This document shows positions 57,312-64,000 of a stretch of 64,000 bases of DNA, piece by piece. A program made the translations under genes and the position numbers. A model generated the notes under the pieces. It saw only the letters and a program-made list of their open reading frames with translations. It was not told the DNA's origin and made no database searches. The stretch is from Brotaphodocola sp. (GTDB lineage: Bacteria; Bacillota; Clostridia; Lachnospirales; Lachnospiraceae). Where the stretch lies: positions 1,682-65,681 of the forward strand of contig NZ_JBNMIQ010000016.1 in the NCBI RefSeq assembly GCF_050873365.1, read 5' to 3'. Each line of letters opens with the position of its first letter. The stretch's first letter is position 1.

Positions 57312-57341
57312 ATTATAGCAAGATCCGTCCAAAATGTACAA
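57312..57341 (-). promoter_or_regulatory. candidate sigma-A promoter of the regulator/kinase pair
   Basis: On the minus strand: TTGTAC (57336-57341), an 18-nt spacer, then TATAAT (57312-57317). Confidence 0.45.
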
Positions 57342-57540
57342 GATTCTCCCCGATCTTTCACTGGATGCACGCTCATTTTGTTGCGAGAATCTTAGTTCCC
57401 CTGACACACAAAACAGGCGGAGACCATTCAGCTCTTTCGCGCTGTCTAATCTCCACCCAAGTCGTTTTAGTATGTCAAAAGTCGAAAATTGTATAACTAC
57501 TATTCTTTGTCTTGTACCGCCTGCATATTACCGCAATAGC

Positions 57541-58842
57541 TTATACCGTAATGATTCCAAGGACTACTCCAAGGAAGAGCATGATACAGCTCACAATGAA
57601 ATACGGCGGAATGCTGAATTTCATGTGATCTTTTAACTCAGTTCCAGTCAGACCGATTGCCAAGTAGGTTGCCGGTACAAGCGGGCTTACCATCAATGCA
57701 AGGTTCTTACCGATGATCATCGTCAGCGCGGTATTTAAGGATGCCACACCGTAAGTCTCACCGACCTGCATAACCAGAGGCATGATTCCGTAGAAGTATG
57801 CGTCTGTTCCAATGCAAAGTCCAAGCGGAAGTGCCAGAACACCGAAGATCAGGTGGATGAACTTTCCGAATGCAGACGGAATGATTGCCATGATTGCGCT
57901 TGCCATTGCCTCAAGCATTCCGGTTCCATCAAATACACCGACCATCGCACCCGCTGCAAACAGAGTTGCGGAGATTGCCAGTGCTGCCGGAGCATGCTTC
58001 TTTACAAGCTTGTCCTGAATCTTCTGATCTGGGTAGTTGACTGCGAGCAGAACACACAGACCCAGCATGAAGACTACATAGGATTTACCGATTCCGGCGG
58101 ACAGAAGAGCGATAACGCCGACGGTCAGCAGGAAGTTGAAAATCAGGAACGCATTGGATTTTCTCAGGGAATCGGTCTCTGCCTTCTCCTTCGTATCCTC
58201 TGCAACAACTTCCCCTTTTCCTGCGCCTGCACCCTGCTTGATTGCCATCATGCCGAGCAGAACAGCAAGAACGATATTCATCACCAGTCCCACAACCTGA
58301 ATCGGAATCAGCATATGCCACAGCTCGGTTGCATCCATCTGAAGAACGGTTGCTGCTCTTGCAGTCGGACCGCCCCACGGAAGCAGGTTCATAACACCCA
58401 TGCACGCACCGGTGATGCACAGAAGAATTCTCGGATCAATCTTCATCTTCTTGTATACCGGATACATAGCCGGGATTGTGATCAGAACGGTAACAGCGGT
58501 CGTTCCATCGAGATGTGCGATCGTTGCGATCAGCGCAGTGACAACGGTAACGGCGATGACATTGTTACCGGCACGCTTTACCAGCCATCCCACAATCACA
58601 TCGAACAATCCGGTGTCGGAAAGCACTCCAAAATAAATAACAGAAAAGATAAACAAAATACCGTTGCTCGTTGTTGTCTTGATTCCGTCTGCGATAAATC
58701 CCATGATATCCACAGGGGAAAATCCAAGAATCAGCGCTGCAATCGTCGGCACAACTGCCAGAACAACGATCGGTGACATTTTTCCCTTTAAAAGCAGGGC
58801 GACAATCGCGATGATCATCAGAAAACCGATTAATGCAACCAT
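57541..58842 (-). CDS. CitMHS-family citrate (metal-citrate) transporter
   Basis: ATG 58842 has RBS GAGGAGGAG. The N-terminus MVALIGFLMIIAIVALLLKGKMSPIVVL is typical of CitM/CitH. Confidence 0.85.
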   Translation of the reverse strand: MVALIGFLMIIAIVALLLKGKMSPIVVLAVVPTIAALILGFSPVDIMGFIADGIKTTTSNGILFIFSVIYFGVLSDTGLFDVIVGWLVKRAGNNVIAVTVVTALIATIAHLDGTTAVTVLITIPAMYPVYKKMKIDPRILLCITGACMGVMNLLPWGGPTARAATVLQMDATELWHMLIPIQVVGLVMNIVLAVLLGMMAIKQGAGAGKGEVVAEDTKEKAETDSLRKSNAFLIFNFLLTVGVIALLSAGIGKSYVVFMLGLCVLLAVNYPDQKIQDKLVKKHAPAALAISATLFAAGAMVGVFDGTGMLEAMASAIMAIIPSAFGKFIHLIFGVLALPLGLCIGTDAYFYGIMPLVMQVGETYGVASLNTALTMIIGKNLALMVSPLVPATYLAIGLTGTELKDHMKFSIPPYFIVSCIMLFLGVVLGIITV

Positions 58843-59131
58843 AAAAAACTCCTCCTCTCGCTCCATTCCATTTCTTTTATTGATTTTTTCTCTTACTTGA
58901 TTTTTATTTTACAGGAGGAACCTTAATGGATCATGACGGAAAAATGACAATTTTGTCATATTTGTTATTTTTTTGTCAGCTATTCTCTGTTTTGGAACTT
59001 TCTATAAGACAGGAATCCAATCCATACACGGACACAACAAAATGGGCCATCGCAGATTCGTGCGACAGCCCATTTTCTTTTTATCACTTTATGAATAATT
59101 TCTTTAAACTTAAATCTTAATCTCTTAGATC

Positions 59132-60418
59132 TTAGAACAGACCCGGGAAGATCGTTGCCGGAATTGCCAGCCACAGGTTCGGGAACAGTACCAGCAGAGC
59201 CAGAACTGCGATCGAGGACAGGAAGTACGGAAGGGTTCCCTTAAACGCATCCTCAATTGTAATTCCACTGATGGATGATGCGATCAGCAGGCACAGACCA
59301 TAAGGCGGAGTTACCAGACCAAGAGCCAGGGTAACAACAATGATCAGACCAAGGATGATCGGGCTGATTCCCAGTGCGGTAGCAGACGGAAGAATGATCG
59401 GAACGAAGAGGATCATTGCCGGAACTGCATCCATGAAAGTACCAACAAACATGAAGAATGCAACTACTACAATCAGGAATACCAGCTTACCACCCGGCAT
59501 CGTGGTGAAGAACTGCTGTACGATCACGTTCAGCTGATAGTAGCTTAACAGCTCACCGAGTGCATTTGCGGTAGCCAGAGCAAACAGAGACAGAGAAGAA
59601 AGTTTCATCGTCTCGATCAGGATTCGCGGAAGGTTCTTTACCTTGATGGTCTTGTAGAAGAAGATACCAACAAGCAGAGCGTAGATACATGCAAATGCTG
59701 CGGACTCGGTCGGTGTGAACAGACCGGAAACGATACCACCGATCAGGATGATCGGAGTCAGCAGAGCCGGCATGGATTCCAGAGTCTGACGAACAACCTT
59801 GGAGAACGGAACTTTCTCACACTTCGGGAAGTTCTTGCGCTTGGAGTAAAACTTAACGACTGCCATCATTGCAAGACCAAGAAGAATACCAGGAACAAGA
59901 CCACTCATGAAGAGTGCACCGGTACTTACGTTTGCGATACCTGCGTACACAACCATCGTGATACTCGGCGGGATGATCGATCCCAGAGTGGAAGATGCTG
60001 CGGTGACACCAACGGAAGTACCCTTGTCGTAGCCCTGCTTCTCCATTGCCGGAATGAAGATCTTACCAACACCAGCGGTATCAGCCTGAGAGGAACCGGA
60101 GATTCCTGCAAAGATCATGGAAACAAGAACGTTTGAATATGCCAAACCACCACGGAAATGACCTACCATGGAGTTACAGCAGTCAATCAGTTTCTCGGTG
60201 ATTGCACCCTCATTCATCAGGTTTGCTGCCAGAATGAACAGCGGAACTGCCAGAAGCGTAAAGCTGTTCAGACCGTTAAACATCTTGGAAAATACTACGG
60301 TGTTCGGAATCTGTGCGAGAGAGGCGATACCGGTAAAGGATACAACGCCCAGTGCGAATGAGATCGGCACTCCAATCGCTACAAAAACGATGAACATAAT
60401 TACTAATAATGCACCCAT
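59132..60418 (-). CDS. TRAP transporter large permease (DctM family)
   Basis: 428 aa, 12+ TM, with a DctM-type sequence. It overlaps the dctQ-like stop. Confidence 0.9.
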   Translation of the reverse strand: MGALLVIMFIVFVAIGVPISFALGVVSFTGIASLAQIPNTVVFSKMFNGLNSFTLLAVPLFILAANLMNEGAITEKLIDCCNSMVGHFRGGLAYSNVLVSMIFAGISGSSQADTAGVGKIFIPAMEKQGYDKGTSVGVTAASSTLGSIIPPSITMVVYAGIANVSTGALFMSGLVPGILLGLAMMAVVKFYSKRKNFPKCEKVPFSKVVRQTLESMPALLTPIILIGGIVSGLFTPTESAAFACIYALLVGIFFYKTIKVKNLPRILIETMKLSSLSLFALATANALGELLSYYQLNVIVQQFFTTMPGGKLVFLIVVVAFFMFVGTFMDAVPAMILFVPIILPSATALGISPIILGLIIVVTLALGLVTPPYGLCLLIASSISGITIEDAFKGTLPYFLSSIAVLALLVLFPNLWLAIPATIFPGLF

Positions 60419-60903
60419 TACTTCTTTCCTCCCTTCATGATTGTGCTGATGTCATCAACGATCTGACTGATCAGATAAATGGCGGAAGTGATGCCACATA
60501 ACGGAAGGCACAGCCAGGTCGGTCCTCTCTTGAAGGACGGAATGTTTACCCAGGTGTAGTTCCAGAACTGCTTGGTAACCTTGATACCATAATTTGCCAT
60601 CAGTACTGCAAAAACCAGCATAATCAGAGAGATGATAATCGAAAGAATGCTCTTCTTTACCGGATCTTTCATCATATCGCTGATGGAAGTAAATGCAAAG
60701 TGACGTTTCTCATAGACCATCGCACCTGCGCCCATAAATACTGCCCAGATGAAGGAGTACATTGATACATCCTCAGTCCATGTTGCTGCAATTCCAAGAT
60801 AACGGGACATCATCTGGAATACAACAGTAAGAAGAAATATGCACAGAAAGAATCCGCCAATGGCAATCTGAATCTTCTGCAACATCTCGATTGCTTTCTT
60901 CAT
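60418..60903 (-). CDS. TRAP transporter small permease (DctQ family)
   Basis: 161 aa, 4 TM, located between the DctP and DctM genes. Confidence 0.85.
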   Translation of the reverse strand: MKKAIEMLQKIQIAIGGFFLCIFLLTVVFQMMSRYLGIAATWTEDVSMYSFIWAVFMGAGAMVYEKRHFAFTSISDMMKDPVKKSILSIIISLIMLVFAVLMANYGIKVTKQFWNYTWVNIPSFKRGPTWLCLPLCGITSAIYLISQIVDDISTIMKGGKK

Positions 60904-61064
60904 GATTGTCCTCCTTTTCCCAAAAAACCATTAAACCCTTTCACCTAAAAGCTCTAAAAAAGACCTTTTAAAGACCCTTTAGACGGAACAACAGCCACCC
61001 AGTCTCCCAGGTGACTGTTGCGCGTCATAAACAACTCAATGTTAATGATTGAATGATAACGATA

Positions 61065-62171
61065 TTACTCTGCTGCTGCGCGAATCATCTCCAGCTCTGC
61101 GGTCATGTTGTTATCCTGAGCGAACTTATCCTGAATCGGAAGTGCCAGTGCCTTGAATGCGTCAATGTCAACATCCTCGAAGTTGGTTACCTCAGCGCCA
61201 TCAGCGATAACTTTCTCCTTGGACTCCTTGAACATTCTGTAAACAACCTCACGCTCTTCCTTGGTGCACTCCTCAACGCCCTCGTCGATCCAAGCCTTCT
61301 GCTCGTCGGTCAGACCATCGTAGAAGTTGCCGTTCATCAGAAGAAGACGGGTGGTGTAGTCATGATGAGTCTCAGAGATGTAATGTCCGTTCTGGGTCTT
61401 GTGATGCTCTTTCAGCATGAAGCTGGTGTAATCGTTCTCTGCGGAATCAACAACGCCCTGCTGTAATGCCTGATACAGCTCGCCCCAAGCTACGGAAGTC
61501 GGGATAGCGCCACATGCTTTCCAGAAGTCCTGCTGTACCTGAGAAGACTGAGTACGGATCGTCATTCCCTTTAAATCCTCCGGCTTGGTAACCGGTTTCT
61601 TACCATAGTAGTCACGAACGGAAGAGGACCAGTAAGCCATGATACGGAAGTTGTTTCCGGTCTTCTCTTTTACGGTCTCTTTCATCTTGTCACCGAACTC
61701 GCCGTCCATGCACTTCTCCCAGTGATCGAAGCTGTCGAACAGGTAGTTCAGGGAGAACATATCAACCTCCGGAACACCGATTGCGGTCATGAAGCCCGGG
61801 GAAGCAACTACCATAGAAGCAGCACCCATCTCCAGTTTCTCGATCAGCTCGTTCTCGTTCTCACCCAGAGTTCCTTTATGTACAGTTACCTGAATCTTTC
61901 CGCCGGACTTGTCCTCAACAACCTCTTTGAACTTGTCCATACCATAAGAGTACGGGTTCTCTAAGGAAGTCTGGTTGGAAGCGATGATCAGGTTCAGTTC
62001 CGGCTTCACATCGGATGTAGCGGTATCTGCCTTTGCCTCGGTCTCTGCCGGAGCTGCTGCGTCTGATTTTGCTGCTGCGGTTGTTGCTGTCTGAGCAGAT
62101 CCACCGCCACATCCGGTTAAGGATGCCATTAACATTGCGCCTGCCAATACAAGTGATAATTTCTTTTTCAT
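61065..62171 (-). CDS. TRAP transporter substrate-binding lipoprotein (DctP family)
   Basis: Lipobox LMASLTGCGG, an A/T-rich linker and a DctP-type fold sequence. Confidence 0.9.
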   Translation of the reverse strand: MKKKLSLVLAGAMLMASLTGCGGGSAQTATTAAAKSDAAAPAETEAKADTATSDVKPELNLIIASNQTSLENPYSYGMDKFKEVVEDKSGGKIQVTVHKGTLGENENELIEKLEMGAASMVVASPGFMTAIGVPEVDMFSLNYLFDSFDHWEKCMDGEFGDKMKETVKEKTGNNFRIMAYWSSSVRDYYGKKPVTKPEDLKGMTIRTQSSQVQQDFWKACGAIPTSVAWGELYQALQQGVVDSAENDYTSFMLKEHHKTQNGHYISETHHDYTTRLLLMNGNFYDGLTDEQKAWIDEGVEECTKEEREVVYRMFKESKEKVIADGAEVTNFEDVDIDAFKALALPIQDKFAQDNNMTAELEMIRAAAE

Positions 62172-62244
62172 AGTTCCCTCTTTCCCTTCTCGTTTTTTAT
62201 TTTTACGATCTGCCCCCTAGACAGATTCGCAAAGTACCCCGTTT

Positions 62245-62718
62245 TTATTCTTCTGAGAGCAGTGCCACACTGACTTTGACAACGACCTTGCGGACGGTCA
62301 TCGGCTCATCGACTGCGACTGCCGGTCTGTGAACGTCTGCCGGGAAGAAAATGCTGTAACAGCCCGGTGTTGCCTCGATGAAACCTTCATTCTCCACGGA
62401 TTTGTAGAAAATCAGATCTCTCTCATCAAAGCGCTCATCCACCTCATACTTTCCGGTATCCGGTGTAAATCCCAGCTTTTCTTTTCCGCTTGCCAGAAAC
62501 TGCACATCTACGAACTTCTCATGAACTTCCGGACGCTTCTCTTCTACTGCACCGGTCTGCGCATCCATAACCTGTGCGTAAATGTCCTTGCCCTGAATCT
62601 CATACACACCGGTTTCCATCGCCGTGAAATCGTGAGTCTTCAGATAATCCAGCGCGGTCTGAATTGCCTTCGGATACTTCTTAGCATCGTCCTTTGCATA
62701 AATTGATGAAAAAATCAT
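62245..62718 (-). CDS. YhcH/YjgK/YiaL-family protein
   Basis: 157 aa with the DUF386 beta-sandwich pattern (KYPKAIQTALDYL..., FFPADVHRP). Confidence 0.8.
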   Translation of the reverse strand: MIFSSIYAKDDAKKYPKAIQTALDYLKTHDFTAMETGVYEIQGKDIYAQVMDAQTGAVEEKRPEVHEKFVDVQFLASGKEKLGFTPDTGKYEVDERFDERDLIFYKSVENEGFIEATPGCYSIFFPADVHRPAVAVDEPMTVRKVVVKVSVALLSEE

Positions 62719-62781
62719 AATGTTCTCCTTTTCTTCTAACTTAGCTTCGTTCTTTTCTAACTTAGAATCCTAACTTAGAGC

Positions 62782-63786
62782 TTAGAGAGAGGTGATCAGA
62801 TCCCACTTTTCCTCGATAACCGGAATTCCATTCTCCAGATTATCTTTTCTCGTGTTGATCACAATCTCACCCGGATAGAAAACGTTTCCATCCTCCTTAA
62901 CCGGAGTTGAAGACTTGATGTCTGCTACCAGCTCATCGACAATGCGGTCGGTCGTCTCGGTGTCATTGAACTTGCCCGGATCAATCGCAATCATGATCTG
63001 GGATAATCCAACCTCATCCCCGAAGGTTCCGATCTTCTGAACAGAGTTTGCATTGGTCAGTACGGTGGAGATCAAATCTAACAGAATCGAAATTCCGCTT
63101 CCCTTCCAGTATCCCATCGGAAGGACTCTCCAGGTCTTCTCAATCGCTGCCGGATCGGTCGTCAGATTGCCATCCTCATCATAACCACCCGGTACCGGAA
63201 GTTGCTGTCCCTTGAGTCTTGCCTCCTCGATCTTGCCGTAGGAGAACTGAGACACTGCACAGTCAACTACCACATGGACACCGTTACTTCTCGGAACTGC
63301 AAGAATCAATGGGTTGTTGCCGATCTTGCGATCTTTAGCGCCCCATGCAGGCATGTTCGGCATTGTGTTGGACCAGCAGATACCGATACATCCCTGGTTT
63401 GCTGCCTGCCAGCCATAGCTTCCACCGCGCATCCAGTGGTTGCTGTTGCCGAGCGCTACCATACCGATTCCATACTGCTTTGCCAGCTCACAAGCACGAT
63501 CCATCGCCTTCTTTGCATTCAGCGGACCGAAGCCTCTGTGACCATCCCATCTCTCAATCGCTCCCATAGACATCTCGCAGGTAGCTACCACTTCCGGATC
63601 AATCTCACCCTTGTCGAGATACTCAATCACTCTCGGGAAACGATTGACTCCATGACTGTAAACACCATCCAGACTGTTCTGTGCAAAAACGGTTGCTGCA
63701 TCGATTGCATTTGTTTCTGTAAAACCTCTGCTAACGAGAATTCTCTTGAACTCATTCACCATGTCATCATACTTGATTCTTAACAT
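62782..63786 (-). CDS. Ldh_2-family dehydrogenase, YiaK-like (3-dehydro-L-gulonate 2-dehydrogenase type)
   Basis: From ATG 63786 the protein aligns by eye along its whole length with E. coli YiaK (GVYSHGVNRFPR, NHWMRGGSYGWQAA, PMGYWKGSG). The upstream part of the ORF-track ORF covers the promoter region. Confidence 0.85.
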   Translation of the reverse strand: MLRIKYDDMVNEFKRILVSRGFTETNAIDAATVFAQNSLDGVYSHGVNRFPRVIEYLDKGEIDPEVVATCEMSMGAIERWDGHRGFGPLNAKKAMDRACELAKQYGIGMVALGNSNHWMRGGSYGWQAANQGCIGICWSNTMPNMPAWGAKDRKIGNNPLILAVPRSNGVHVVVDCAVSQFSYGKIEEARLKGQQLPVPGGYDEDGNLTTDPAAIEKTWRVLPMGYWKGSGISILLDLISTVLTNANSVQKIGTFGDEVGLSQIMIAIDPGKFNDTETTDRIVDELVADIKSSTPVKEDGNVFYPGEIVINTRKDNLENGIPVIEEKWDLITSL

Positions 63787-63862
63787 TTTCCTGATTTCCT
63801 TTCTTCTTTCATTCTTCGTTATTTTGATGTATCCATACTTCTTTGCAATCGATTCTAATAAT

Positions 63863-63890
63863 ATTTTAGCATAATTTTTCTGACTTTCAA
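63863..63890 (-). promoter_or_regulatory. candidate sigma-A promoter of the yiaK-like operon
   Basis: On the minus strand: TTGAAA (63885-63890), a 16-nt spacer, then TGC-TAAAAT (extended -10, 63863-63868). An ATGGATACAT box lies about 30 nt downstream. Confidence 0.5.
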
Positions 63891-64000
63891 CCGCTTTTTT
63901 CCGTATTTTAGCACAAAATAACGTTTGCATTTTTGGATAGTTTTTATAAAATTTTAATTTTTTCACGTTCACAATTTATACAACGATTTGAGTTTGTACT

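Overview
This is a 64-kb chromosomal segment from a spore-forming Firmicute, Clostridia and probably Lachnospiraceae-like judging by gene content (spo0A, sigG, glgA, split metH, DegV, YitT). I call about 58 protein genes, roughly 50 of them on the minus strand, plus one tRNA-Arg(ACG). I found no rRNA, CRISPR array, transposase, integrase or phage genes. The left 44 kb is mostly housekeeping: rlmH, comEA, metF/metH, pepV, prfC, coaBC/coaX, glgA, spo0A, galK, aroK, sigG. The right 20 kb is an organic-acid and sugar-acid utilisation stretch. It holds a two-subunit tartrate/fumarate Fe-S hydro-lyase, a DASS transporter and two tandem GntR regulators. It also holds a Cache-type hybrid kinase, an OmpR regulator, a CitMHS transporter, and yiaK/yiaL-like genes with a TRAP transporter. 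I could not identify a convincing multi-gene defence or mobile island. The signals most worth a second look are these. (1) A 133-bp element is present twice at 97.7% identity, with 11-bp terminal inverted repeats, 8-bp flanking direct repeats and strong internal hairpins (MITE-like or structured RNA); no transposase is in the window. (2) A complete 750-codon membrane hybrid histidine kinase frame is interrupted only by two in-frame TAG codons. (3) A NYN/PIN-like protein carries a roughly 480-aa K/E/S-rich tandem-repeat core. (4) A near-identical promoter-plus-operator module (TTGACA-17-TATTAT followed by GAAATGGATAC) sits in front of two acid-catabolism units, and related GTATCCAT boxes sit at two further promoters. 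(5) Degenerate purine-rich (sense strand) stutter repeats occur upstream of many genes, and the same type of expansion occurs inside several coding sequences. All functional calls come from reading the translated ORFs and motifs by eye; no database search was possible.
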